A stretch of DNA of 64,000 nucleotides, from the NCBI RefSeq assembly GCF_964355755.1, contig NC_092679.1, forward strand, positions 18,831,432 through 18,895,431, in the 5' to 3' direction. A model generated the notes under the pieces. That model was not told the origin of the DNA. It ran no database searches and worked only from the letters and a program-made list of their open reading frames with translations. The stretch comes from Antedon mediterranea. Lineage: Eukaryota; Animalia; Echinodermata. The position numbers were made by a program, and so were the translations under genes. Below, piece after piece: positions 13,601 to 25,600 of the stretch (positions are counted from its first letter, which is position 1; each line of letters begins with the position of its first letter).

Positions 13601-15066
13601 ATTTTAATAATACCAATTCTTTAAAAAAAAATACCCTCTCAGAGGGTATTTTTATGCTTTCATTTTAATGTAATAGACGATTGGTATTATATTAATCATA
13701 CTTCTTTAAACTAATATCTATTTCATTGTATTATTTTTAGAACCAGGTCTACAACAGTGCAAGCAAGATCTGCTTCTCATCGTATAGGACATGACACCGT
13801 AGATGGTGCAGGCATTGCAAGGTGAGTTTGGGTTTGGGATAGAACAAAGATTTTTTTCTTTTGCGTTACTGCAAACATTTGTGAAATGTACAGTTGCTTT
13901 TTGACAACTTTCAACCAATATATTGGTGTGTACCTCATGGAATAGAGGACATATTACCAGTTGAGACACCCATATTCAGAGCACACCCCTATTAAGAGGC
14001 AATATGTTTTAAAACTTCAGGGGACAATCCTATTAAAGAGAGAGAGTTTAAATCCTATCAGTTCATGTTGTGTGTGGTGAGTTTAATGACTGTGATTTAA
14101 TGATATTAGTTGATGAGTTTTTTAACTTAATTTATAATTGAACTACTAGTACTACTTATAATTGTAAACTACTATAATTTTTTCATTTTTTATATTTTAC
14201 TAAAAATCTTAAATTATTATTTCAGAGCAAAGTCACTGGATGGAAGAAGCAGAGGTATGTAGTATCAATTTGTATACAAACTATATCCTTATCTCCTAAA
14301 ATATATCATATAGGGTCCAGCAGTTTTTTCAGGTCCATCACCTCTCGAACCAATAGATTCCATAATATGATATTAAATTTGTTTTAATTTCTTTCTTTTT
14401 ATAGCTTACATGACACTGCCATCAAGAAAGCCAAAAGTTACATTGTGCAAGAAAATGGATAAACTTTGTCTTTCAACATTCTCAGAAACAGGTAAGGATC
14501 ACTAAAAGAGAGATATTAAAACTCTGTGTCAGGAAATATTAAAATATGTGTTACCATCCAAATGCATTAGAGTTTAAGCTTGGTTCCCACTAGAACGTAA
14601 CTCAAGGACGTAAACGCAACGCAAGCGTGTTGACCAATGACAAGCGAAGTTATAGACAGTTAGCAATCACAAGCGAATAAGCCATCGCTTGTGATTGGTC
14701 AATTCACTTGCGTTGCGTTACGTCCTTGTGTTGCGTCGCTAGTGGGAACCACGCTTTACTGTAATAAACAATAATGTAAGTAACCCAGTTTATTAGTTCT
14801 TATAAACTAAAGCTCTTTCTACACTATCAAACTAGTTTGACAAAAAAGTGTGATGTGCCCAAATATGGTATGGATATCATCGTGTCCATATATGGGCTCA
14901 TCACATTTTTTTGTACAACATTTCAATAATAACAACTTGGTGTGAATCAGATTGTTCTACAAAAGACTACATTAATATTTTGTTTTCTATTTTTTCAGGT
15001 GATCTAATCACTAAAAAAACTAAGTTGAGCCGACCTTTCTCAATGACTGGTATTTTTAAATTGTAA
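1693..15066 (+). CDS. FRMD8: FERM domain-containing protein 8 (iTAP), multi-exon
   Basis: Approximate exons: 1693-1807, 3796-3963, 6962-7063, 7356-7414, 8276-8442, 9275-9481, 9975-10101, 10562-10717, 11113-11192, 11859-11921, 12338-12505, 13307-13363, 13741-13821, 14226-14254, 14405-14491, 14999-15066. Splice sites are GT/AG with compatible phases where checked. The peptide '[68 protein letters not shown]' and 'CLWLEFD..KLLRIYSKQAPMM' match my recollection of FRMD8. The ATG directly follows an acceptor AG, so upstream exons probably exist. Confidence 0.88.
2438..3251 (-). mobile_element. PIF/Harbinger internally deleted element carrying a decayed Myb/SANT-like ORF
   Basis: TIRs GGGCCTGTTTCTGCTGC and GCAGCAGAAACAGGGCC (1 mismatch), TAA on both flanks, repeated AAATACGGTA subterminal motifs. 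The minus-strand remnant 'W..(stop)..NHIYKDISKKIKQEYGIDLSPKQVNLKLKSLRKQY..CPHY' is typical of the Harbinger Myb-like protein. No transposase is present. Confidence 0.82.
4302..4557. mobile_element. Harbinger-type MITE family B (AGCTTGGTTCCCACTAG TIR), copy with an internal ~80-bp duplication
   Basis: TIRs AGCTTGGTTCCCACTAG and CTAGTGGGAACCACGCT with TTA TSD. Near-identical 179-bp copies lie at 14577-14755 and 20904-21082. Confidence 0.85.
5800..5944. mobile_element. Kolobok-like short deletion derivative (TTAA TSD)
   Basis: Reads TTAA-AGATGTATTGTCC...GGGGGAAAATATCT-TTAA. Same family as 58163-58508. Confidence 0.6.
10224..10355. mobile_element. Harbinger-type MITE family A (AGCTCTGTCTACAC TIR)
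   Basis: TIRs AGCTCTGTCTACA and TGTAGACAGAGCT with TTA/TAA flanks; internal GATGTGCCCAAATATGGTAGTGAT-type motif. About 15 copies or fragments in the window, near 268, 1843, 10224, 14810, 21890, 22850, 26712, 31241, 32039, 32463, 36072, 40938, 51788, 57055 and 59067. Confidence 0.8.
14577..14755. mobile_element. Harbinger-type MITE family B
   Basis: 179 bp, same TIRs as the 4302 copy, TTA TSD on both sides. Confidence 0.85.
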
Positions 15067-17978
15067 AGTGTTTTGCGGTGTACACAGTGTTTGTGATAAT
15101 TTTACAAGTAACCTGTTTATTGTGGCCTTTTTGAGAATTTTGTCATAATAATAATGCAATGAATGCTATGCAGAATACAAATAGCTCATTCACTGCCATG
15201 CTGATAAATTGTGTGTTCAAAAACAATAAAGGTTGAAATATTATCTAGCAGTAACAGTGACATTAACTGACTGAAGAATAAGACATAAGAGGCAAAGTGG
15301 ACCAAAATAGAGAAGGTAGCTTTGTATGTCATGGATAAACAAAGTAAACAGCAGAGATCTTATTATATAATAGGTAGGTATTCCATCAAGCATCACATAC
15401 CACAGAAATGAAATGTTACAGAGGATCAAGTTGAGGAACCAACGAACTATCAAAAGATAAATTGGAAGCTCTAGTATGAAGATAGTTGGCACAATAGTTT
15501 ATAGCTGCCAAAAAGATGCCTTTCCTTTGAAAGGTATGGCAAGCAGTCTTTGTACTGTATCTATATTTTTTAAATGTTGGCAAACTCTGTGATACCGTGT
15601 TACATATGTATCACATGTGACACCGTCATAAGCCTAACTTAACCTTAACATAATACAGGTACCACATTTACATATACAGATACATAAATGCAACACTGTA
15701 TTACAGAAATTGCCTATAATTACTGGACATATTATAATGCCATATGTGGAGATACAGTAGAGGAAGTCGGGTGGAAATCTTGGGTACACAGTAGGATCCA
15801 TCCATGGTTAGCAGAAATCTTGACATGAAAAATAATCCATTCATTCATGAATGAATTGAAGATTTGTTTAATAATATAAGACATCTTAAAAGTAAGGTGT
15901 TAAAAATGTGGAATATTGTTCAAAGTGGTATGGTAGATATGAATTGCAATATTAATGTACAGAGTACATGTATAAAAATACATAATTTTATAACAGTCAT
16001 TTATTCATTGTTGATATAAAGTACAGTACACCACGTATATGTATAGTTCTGAAGAGAACTGTTGAGTTTCTCAATGTTTTGATCAATATACTTTTATCAT
16101 CCTCAGGAGTTTATTCATTGTTATTATCTATGGGACCAATACAAATTAGATTACAAAATGATTATACAAATGTTTTTATAGTACCTGAATATGATTTTGC
16201 AGTATAGAACATTTTATAAGACATTTAATAATAAGAATTCAAATGTCATTCAACACATGTAATTTGCATAATTGAATATATTTTTTTAAATAAAATATTC
16301 ATTTGATTTTTAACATTATATGTATATATTAGCATGTGGAAATAGAATAATTTTTAAAATTTAAAGATTTACATATAAGTGTATTTTTTAGGAGACTCAA
16401 AAGGATAAGTTGAAAATATATATATATGTTATCAATTTGCAGTTTCAATCGTAATCCCATAACCCACCAAATTTTGAAGAACAAAATATTGAAAATTAAT
16501 GTTTATAATAATATTTATTTGATAGTTATTTTTGGCATTTGCAGGTTTATTATGTATTATAATCTAGTGTTTATTGTTTGCCAAAGATTTTTTTTTATGT
16601 AAGAAATGAAAATTGTATGGGCCCGGGGATAAAAATATTATATACTCTGTCTGGACAAGCATCTTAAACGCTAGGCTGGTACTACTACCTAGGCCTCTAG
16701 CATGGCCGTGCTTCTTTTCGTACTTTAAACTTCTTGGGCCCAACTAAGCCTAGCCTAGGCCAATTTTCAGAACGATTACGGAAAAGTACTTACCACGATT
16801 TGTGTGGCAAATCTCATACCAAAACATCTTGTATCATGGACCAAGTATTGCTTATTATCATGTATAACATTAATTAGGTCAGTAGCGTGTGTCGTTCCGT
16901 GTACTATACTTAATTAAAGTTAACTTAATTTTTGTAATAGACGTACAAATATATAACACACTGGTCGAAAATAATTGTGTGCTTTCTGTCTGTTAGTGTG
17001 TAACTACGATAGATGTTTTTAGATCATATTATTTTTTTTTTACAAATATTGATGAATTTATAGTTGTATAATATAAAAAACTCGTTTTCCTTCTATCTTT
17101 GTGCAATTCAACAATTAAAAATGTAACGTAAATTTATATATTTTGAATGTTTGTGTAAATGTTATTGAGTCCGCATCGCGATATTTCAAAGAATGAATGT
17201 ACATTGCACCACTTACTAACGAAGTGAACACTTGAATTATTTCCAACTAAAACTTGGTTCCCACTGGAGACGCAACCAACCATTTTTTTAAAAGTAGGCC
17301 TACTCAATCAAACGCATTCATGGTTGGTTCTCACTTGAACACAACGCACAATATGTGACTCCTGTATAATGGAAGGATTCGTTAAGGGCTAGGGTCTATG
17401 ATACAGGATTTTAATTTATTTTATTTTTATTTGAACCATATTTAATGAGGGTGATCCATCCAGAAATTGCTGATCATTTGGGACCCTCAGGACAGCTACA
17501 ATACACAAAATACAACAAAAACAGAAAAGTTAAGGAAAAACAAAAGCCAATAAATAAAATTAATTACATGAGAATTAAAAATCTGAATAAGAAAATTTGG
17601 AATATAGAGAATAACTGATATGTTGAATTAAGCAAAAATATATAATATATATAAATATTTAGATCTAATATTTTACAATTTAAATTCATAGTTTCATTAC
17701 CGAGAAAAAGAGGTTATACAATATTACTGTAAAGCCATCATTATTAAACCATGTTCTCATTCGTCATCATTACAAAGTGGTCTAGGTGTGACATTGTTAA
17801 AAGTTGTCTCTGTGGTTATCCGTCCACCCGTGTCAATCGATTCAAATCGATACTATTTGAAAAGATAAACTCAATATTGACTAAATAAATCCTCTACGAT
17901 TTAGATAAATCAAAAACTTGTCATCACAGTCGTACACTGTTATTTTAAATACACTAAGCGTCGGGTGTAATATTCAAA

Positions 17979-19575
17979 ATGAGGACCTTTTTAATAAGTC
18001 TGTCTCTGCTTCTCGGTATTCTACTGATGGTAAGATTGTTTACCTTTTTGTTGTTAATAGGCCTATATATCTGAGAATGTTAAAGAGTCGCTAGCCAATC
18101 GGGTTTGAACTATACCATGAAAGCCTCAATGGTCTAATGGTTAGGACATCTGCATATGAATCAGAAGGTCCGGGTTCGAATCTCTGTTTGGGGCGACTTT
18201 TTCTCATTCGTACAGATTTCCTCATCTTATCGTTTCAAATTAATTTCAGTATAATCACCGGATGGTTTAGAATTAAAATTGTATGCCTAATGTATATATA
18301 TTTTTTATTTGTTTTCCTGAAGTGAATATTACTTTAAAGATTGGTCCTACGATTTTCCTCTTCCGATTTTGTAGTTTTAATAAAGTTAATCACTTCCGTA
18401 GAAAAAAAAACGAAAAAAAATATGTTTTCACTTATAATATAATACAATAAATGGTTAAATTCAACCAAAAATCCATTGGCTGGCAGCCAATTTGACAATT
18501 TTTTTGGGGTTTAATTTCCGTTTTTTCAGGTAAATAAATGTTGTTTAGGTCCACTTTTTGGTCATAGTGGATAACTATTATGTGACATTAAAATGGCATA
18601 TTCAACAATAAAAATTTAAAAAAAATATTTGTCAGGGGGACAATTACATCTTTAAGTATACAGTACACAGTTGTGTTTCATTAAAAATTTAAAATGACGC
18701 AGAACAAGTTTAATACATTTATAGACAAAAAAGAACACATTTGTCACTTGGAGGCTTCTGGATTTCAACACGAGTTCCGAGCATTGTATTCAGTACATTT
18801 TATATTGAAGTAGCAAGATTTACATCAGATATTAGATGTAGATTAAAAAAAAACTATTAACATGTTAAAAAAACGTAAAACGGTTCCTTGATTTCATAGT
18901 TTAAGTTAAGGAATATTTTACTTTCTTTTTAAAAATCTGTATTTCATAATATAATTCAGAATAACACTACTATTTATTGAAATTTAATTGCAATTAATAG
19001 TAATATTATTTTGAATTATATTGTGAGTTTGAAAATGGCACTTCAGGTAGGTTAACAAACTCCCCGCCCCCTGCCCACCTACCATATATATTATACTATG
19101 ACGTTATCCAAATTCCTTCACTTGCACTGATGAAGGGCTAGTGTTGCCCGAAAGCTCTGCTAACTTTTCTGGCTGTTTACTTTATCGTTTTGATTTAGCT
19201 TTTTGCTTTTTATTTTTGTATCTCCATTGAGATCCAGTCACTGATACCCACAGCATTGTCATTTTTTCCAGTAATTTGCCTTTGGATTTATATATATATA
19301 TAATTATATTTGTATAGCTTTTTAACTATAACTAGGCTTACGTACTAATTTTAATCTAACAGGTTAGAAGAGTTGAAAGTCTAACGGTTGAAGAACAAGC
19401 TGCCAACCAGGCATGTGAACCCTTCCTCGGCATTTCATGTGGATCGTCAACCGAATGTGGAGCCAGCGAATGTGACCAACTTCAATGTGTCAATTACCGT
19501 TGTTCGCCGTCTCCAATAGGAATTGGAGGTGCCGATGGTGACGAGACCGAGACGGATGATGATGGTGATGAATAA
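17979..19575 (+). CDS. Small secreted 6-Cys peptide with acidic tail (87 aa), unrecognised family
   Basis: Exon 1 17979-18029 (MRTFLISLSLLLGILLM, donor gtaaga, phase 0). Exon 2 19363-19575 encodes VRRVESLTVEEQAANQACEPFLGISCGSSTECGASECDQLQCVNYRCSPSPIGIGGADGDETETDDDGDE*. The N-terminus is signal-peptide-like. The Cys module is homologous to the last exon of the 22639-25651 gene. Confidence 0.8.
18123..18195 (+). mobile_element. tRNA-derived SINE head or tRNA pseudogene (Arg-like)
   Basis: A box TGGTCTAATGG and B box GGTTCGAATC are present; the acceptor stem GCCTCAA/TTGGGGC pairs. The anticodon arm TCTGC-ATATGAA-TCAGA and the T stem are degenerate. It is followed by a TTTTTCTCATTC tail also seen near 39520. 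Confidence 0.65.
18365..18651 (-). mobile_element. Kolobok-like element, truncated copy
   Basis: Reverse-complement match to 58163-58450; ends in GGGGGACAATTACATCT-TTAA. Confidence 0.65.
19122..19163 (+). ncRNA. Minimal type I hammerhead ribozyme motif within a Penelope-like repeat fragment (~19040-19290)
   Basis: Reads ttgca-CTGATGA-a-GGGC-tagtgtt-GCCC-GAAA-GC-TC-tgc: intact core, 4-bp stem II, palindromic AGCT stem III, short stem I (gca/tgc). The downstream flank is repeated at 44578-44690. Confidence 0.65.
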
Positions 19576-20903
19576 AGTAACCGAGTGAAAGAAATTGTGC
19601 CAAGGCCTAGCAAAAGACTGTAAATAAGGCATATGTGTTAATAACTACACGACGTAGAATTTAAATGGGTGAAGGGATCATCAAACAAATATAGACTCAA
19701 TTTTTCGTGCATTTAACTCTTCTTTAACTACACCCTTAATATGTTAAATACATCTCACGCAAAGATGATGATGATGGCATTCCAGCAGAAAGTACGCCTA
19801 CGATCACAACAACTCACCAATGTTATCTGTGAATGGATGTAGACCTATTGTATACACCTAATTAAATCAGGAAAATTAATTATCTTGTAAAATTGACATT
19901 AGGACCTTGTTAAGAACTTATTATTAAAACGTAACAAAGTGAATACTTAAATCATTACCAAATATAAAGCTTGGTTCCCACTAGAGACGCAACACAAGCG
20001 AGCTGACCAATCACAAGAGACAGTTCAGATGATCCATCACAGTGTCATTGGTCAAATCATAATTACTCTCCGCTTACGTGATCGTTGCGTTAAATATCTA
20101 GTGGGAACCAGGACGCACCAATCGTATTATAATCTTAATTTAAAAGTATGAAATAGGACTATTATGTATAGTTACATATGAGTATCATAATGTACGGTTC
20201 ATATTATAATTTTAAAAATATAAATTCAGAAAGGCGTTTACTGAAATGTAACCACTTATATTAGATCGATTGGGAATAAATGTTATTTTTCCGAAATATC
20301 CTTCTGAGTATTGTTTTATAAAGCAAGTTTATACATCAATTTAAGTAATACCGACATTTGTTGTAGATTGATCAATTACTTATTTATAGCCTTATGCTTG
20401 TTAAACATTAAAACAGTGATGCATAATGATCAGAATTACGATTATAAAGACTTCAGACGAGAAGGCGACTGATTGAGGAAGCTTTCGGATTGCGACGACC
20501 TTATGACAATGTTGTCGTTCCTAATCGCCTGGTCCATTTCTTGGTTCACACTAGGATAGAATGTAACGCAAAAAATGTAAGAGCGACAGAAGTCATTAGA
20601 CCAATCAGATATCGGTATTAGGGTAATGCGTTTAAGAGCTTCGGCTCATTGCATATCCGTTTTATATCAAATACGTTTTCCGTTCATCATGATTTAGATT
20701 AAACTTATACAAATATTCTTTTAAAAGAAATGATATATGTATATTATATATATATTCTATTGATACAAATAAATGGTACGTATAGTACGGCGAATGATAA
20801 TCATGACGCGATGGATCATCCTGCTTGCGTTGCATCTTAAAACCAAAAAAAAAAACAGACGAGCGTTAACGATAATAAAAATAAGAGTTTCTGTTATTCC
20901 TTA

Positions 20904-21082
20904 AGCGTGGTTCTCACTAGCGACGCAACGCAAGGACGTAACGCAACGCAAGTGAATTGACCAATCACAAGCGATGGCTTATTCGCTTGTGATTGCTAAC
21001 TGTCTATAACTTCGCTTGTCATTGGTTAAAACGCTTGCGTTGCGTTTACGTCCTTGCGTTACGTTCTAGTGGGAACCAAGCT
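20904..21082. mobile_element. Harbinger-type MITE family B (inverted orientation)
   Basis: 179-bp reverse complement of the 14577 copy, TTA TSD. Confidence 0.85.
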
Positions 21083-22638
21083 TTACGGACCACAACGCGG
21101 AGCGGACGGGCCGTTTCCGCTCAAATACGGTACATATTCTACGTGGGACACGCACTACGCACGTTTCCGCTTACCATTACCACTCGTCTGTGTATATAAC
21201 CTTTAGCGAGGAGAACCAAGCTTTCGAACGCGCCAAAACAGTACGTGTACAAGTAATGCAATCAAGTGAGGAAGCGCCTCTGAATGTCATGCATGCGCAC
21301 AATAAGTAATCATAACGTTACATGAAGTCGTTCATTCGTAGTCGTCACAAATCGAAAGATGTCTAGTGTATATGACAATTATGATATTTGTTTTAAACCT
21401 CGCCTCGAAATTCCCACTTTATTCCCTTTTTATAATTTTCTAATACGCTATTGATACTGTAACTAGTAAACACAATAAGACAATATATCCCATTCTAAAC
21501 CTTTATTAACGAAGACACAATTTCAAATAATATATGAACAATACATGAAAGTATAGGCCTATACACACAATGAGCCTATACAGCTCAATGCATTATATGA
21601 AACCTTCGTCACTTACGATATTGAATTTAATTATAATTAAAAGATGTGCATTGCGCTCAACACTAACAATTTGATATTTGTCTCTATTACGCAATATCCA
21701 GTTCAAACATCATAATTTATATTTGTATTAAAATAGTAGTAGTATGAAGCTAAAATTAGAATTGGTAGGCCTATAATGTATGGTTTACGACAATGCATGG
21801 AGACGGAAGACAATTACAGTATTATTATAGAATAATATAAAATCGAAACCCTGAAAACTGAAAGAATTAAAGAGACACTTAAGCCCGACAGTCTACACAC
21901 TATCAAACTAGTTTGACAAAAAAAATGTAATGTGCCCAAATATGGTAGTGATCTGATATCATCGTGTCATGATCATGGGCACATCACATTTTTGTGTCAC
22001 ATAAAGTTTGATTGTGTAGACATAGCTTTAGCATAAAGGGCAATTTACATTAGGAAGATAACGATCTAGTGTAAATGGGCCTTAAAACCAAATAGAATAG
22101 ATGTAGTTTTCCATTGTGTCGATAATGAAGTAAGAATGTGTCTATAAACGAATAATGAATGAATTCTTCACCTGCTACGCACACAATAACCAACCAAAGA
22201 AGATGAGCAAACCCTAACAAATCTGAAATGTAATAAACAATTATTGGTTTATTCAATTTTTGATTGGATTTAAATTATTATATTAGTGTACCACCAGTAT
22301 TGGTTTATGATTATCGATTGTTTGCTGATGCGCCGCACGGAAACAAATCTAATAGCTGGTTTCGCAATACCGCTGTTCGATAAAACGGAATGTATTCCAC
22401 ATATTCACTTTGATTAATTGGATCAAAGCAAATATTTACCTGAAAAAAGTTATATATCAGTCAATGGTTTTTGGTTCAATTTTAACCTTTTTATAAGTGA
22501 AATTTTTTTTGTTACCTAATTTTATTTTAGTCTTCATTTTTTATGTTTTTGGGGGGACAATACATTTTTTTTAAAGAATGTAAATATTGTTTTGAGATGA
22601 TGTAATCTAAAAAACAACAACAAATAATTTACCTTTAT

Positions 22639-25600
22639 CTAACATGGGGGGTGATCGATGTCTCTATGCTGGCATTTAGAATATTTACATTGCAACTGCG
22701 TACAGCCATTTAGTTCACAATCTTTGGGGTTATCATTTTCTTCACTGCACACTGTACCAATAAGAGGCTGACATATCTGATTTTCAACTTCCAATGACAG
22801 CGTTGGCTATAAGATAAAATATGATGATTTTGCTTTGAATAAAAAAGAGGGATGTGTCCAAATATGGTAGTGATATGCCCAAATATGGTAGTGACATGAC
22901 ATCATCATGTCTAAGGGCACATCACATTTTTTGTCACATAAAGTTTGATAGTTTTAAGCTACAGTTACACCTTCCGTTTTACAGCCGGAAGACGTCGACA
23001 ACGTTGAATTCTATTACGTAAAAAAACCGCCGCCGTCTCGACAGAATAAGCTATGAATATTCAAATTTAATAACCAAAATGACACCTGTTCATTATGAAC
23101 AAGATGTCTATAAAGTATAGGCATCAAGACTCTTTGCGTACCAATATTAATATTATGCAAATATCATTGTAGTCAATGAACAAAAGTGAAAATGCTTTAG
23201 ATTCAGTGACTATGACTGTGTTCGGACGTGAAATGAGCAGGTATCTTCTGTCTCCACTTCAATGAACTGGTGTATAGCTTCATACTGAATCTCAGTAGTG
23301 TTCTGAACCTCCGTCTTGCATCTCCCAGTACAATCCCCAGCTCTAAAGCATGACACTCTGTCTAAACTTACCTCAGGCTGTTCAGTGGTTGTAGTTGTTC
23401 CAGGCTGTCCAATGGTTACATTCACAACAGGCTGTTCAGTTGTTGTAGTTGATAAAGTCAATTCCACTACTGGGAGCTGGCCCTTTAGATTTAAACATGT
23501 AAAAATAGATAATACCATGTAAAATGAATAATAATAATTAAAGGATGAGGATAAGATGACAATACTTACAGATAGGGTAATAAACCGAGGAGGATTATGA
23601 GTGAATGCGAAGACCGATAAAGTATTGTGATATTAATTACTAATTGATTTATATCAATAATAGGACATAATAGTAGCAAGACCAACGATGACAATAATTA
23701 TAGATTAATTGTGGATTTCTGTCTAATGATGCTCGGCTACTAATCATAGGGTCCTGAGTTCAAGTCATGTCGTGTCAGGATTTTTCCTCATTTTTAATCC
23801 CAAGAAAAGACTTTGTTTATGTAGATAATATTGTGTATAATTGTGTTTGCCAAGTAGGATTGTGAATGAATTCGCTTATGGTTAACATTGACAATGCTGC
23901 GCCTAAATATATATAGTTTAAAAAAAACCAAAGTGATATATTGTACCTCATTATTTTCTGAAGTCTCTGATGTTCCAGGTATGTTTTCATACTCTATGTA
24001 ATCAGCCGCTTCTTCTGTAAATGACGTTTCTTCAATTTCTTCCAGAGCAAACTCATCGGCCTCAGCTGTTTCTCCTTCATCATTGGCCTCAACTGTTCCT
24101 TCATCATTGGCCTCAGCTGTTTCACCATCGACCTCAGCTGTTTCTGCTTCTCCACCATCGGCCTCAGCTGTTTCACCATTGACCTCAGCTGTTTCACCAT
24201 CGGTCTCAGCTGTTTCACCATCGGTCTCAGCTGTTTCACCATCGGCCTCAGCTGTTTCTTCTTCTTCGCCATTAAGTAATGCTTCCCAATCTTCCTCATT
24301 TCCTTCTTCTCCATCAGCATCAGCTGTTTCACCACCGACCTCAGCTGTTTCTTCTTCTTCGCCATCAAGTAATGCTTCCCAATCTTCCTCATTTGCTTCT
24401 TCTCCATCGACCTCAGCTGTTTCTGTGTCTTCAACATCGGCCTCAGCTGTTTCTTCTTCTTCGCCATCGGCCTCTGCTGTTTCACCATCGACCTCAACTG
24501 TTTCGGCTTCTTCGCCAACATCGATATTTGCTTCCCAGTCTTCTTCATTAGCTTCTTCTTCGCCATTGGCGGTATCGGCTGTTTCGCCATCGGCGGCTTC
24601 AGCTGTTTCGCCATTGGCTTCTGCTTCTTCTACATCGGCTTCAGTTGCTTCTGCTTCTTCTACATCGGCCTCAGCTGTTTCTGCTTCTTCACCATCGGCC
24701 ACGGCTATTTCTTCTTCTTCACCATCGGCCACGGCTATTTCTGCTTCTTCTCCATCGGCCTCATCTGTTTCTGCTTCTTCATCATCGGCCACGGCTATTT
24801 CTACTTCTTCTCCATCGGCCTCATCTGTTTCCGCTTCTTCACCATCGGCCACGGCTATTTCTACTTCTTCTCCATCAGCAAAATTTGCTTCCAAATCTTC
24901 CTCATTTGCTATTTCGTCACCAGCATCTTCAGTTGCTACTCCTTCTTCGTCAGCAACATTGGCTTCTTCGGCATTATTTTCTTCTCCGTCTTCTGCAGGA
25001 AGTGGGGCAGAAATCGCCTAAATTTTCATTAACGCAAAGAATAGAAAATGTTTATAGGATATAAAAGCAATAGTTGTAGAAGTCTTGTATTAAAAACTCA
25101 TATACCCGCGGTATTTTGTGTAAGTTTACAATCTCCGCTTACCTTATACCATGGAAATAAGTATTCTCAATGTATGTAATAAGCTGTGAAATACCTATCA
25201 ATTTAAAAGACATTTAGACGGGTTGTGTGTCTCAGATAAAAAGTACAACAGAATGGCGTTGTGACTTTGTGGTTATGATGCTTGGCTACCACTCCAAGGG
25301 CCCTGGGTTCACGTCCCGTCACATGTCAAGATTTTTTCTAAGGACAAAATTACTCCACTCCCTAAGACTTGTAATACGACTTTGTTTATGTAGTTTATGT
25401 AGAGCATCTTGTGTACATGTTTGTCTTGTGAACCTCTCAGGGTTCCTAATGATCAGCAATGGCTGAATGGATTACCCTCATTAAATATGGTTTAAAAAAC
25501 ACACAATCATTGCTTTAAGTGTCCAAGATAAATGTAAATCAAGGCAAATCATTACAGTATTTTGTCTATTTTATAAGATAATAAAATATATGTCTATTAC

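Noticed and set aside
15241-15492. Hydrophobic 83-aa minus-strand ORF
   Set aside because: GTG start with an in-frame stop just upstream and no usable acceptor; it lies in the FRMD8 3' UTR region.
18123-18195. Functional tRNA gene
   Set aside because: The anticodon loop and T stem are degenerate, and the sequence continues into a SINE-like tail shared with other decayed copies.
20993-21199. Short ORFs overlapping MITEs (also 57076, 57095, 59036)
   Set aside because: Chance frames through repeat sequence.
23210-23371. Read-through ending (VSLDRVSC...RTQS) for the acidic protein
   Set aside because: A strong donor (GAG|gtaagt) at 23372 splices in phase to the Cys-module exon shared with the paralog. 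Read-through remains possible only as a retained-intron isoform.
23994-25064. Ser/Ala-rich + strand ORF, Met/Lys-rich shifted-frame ORF and Leu/His-rich ORFs
   Set aside because: Shadows of the acidic repeat exon; only the acidic frame joins a signal exon with matching splice phases.
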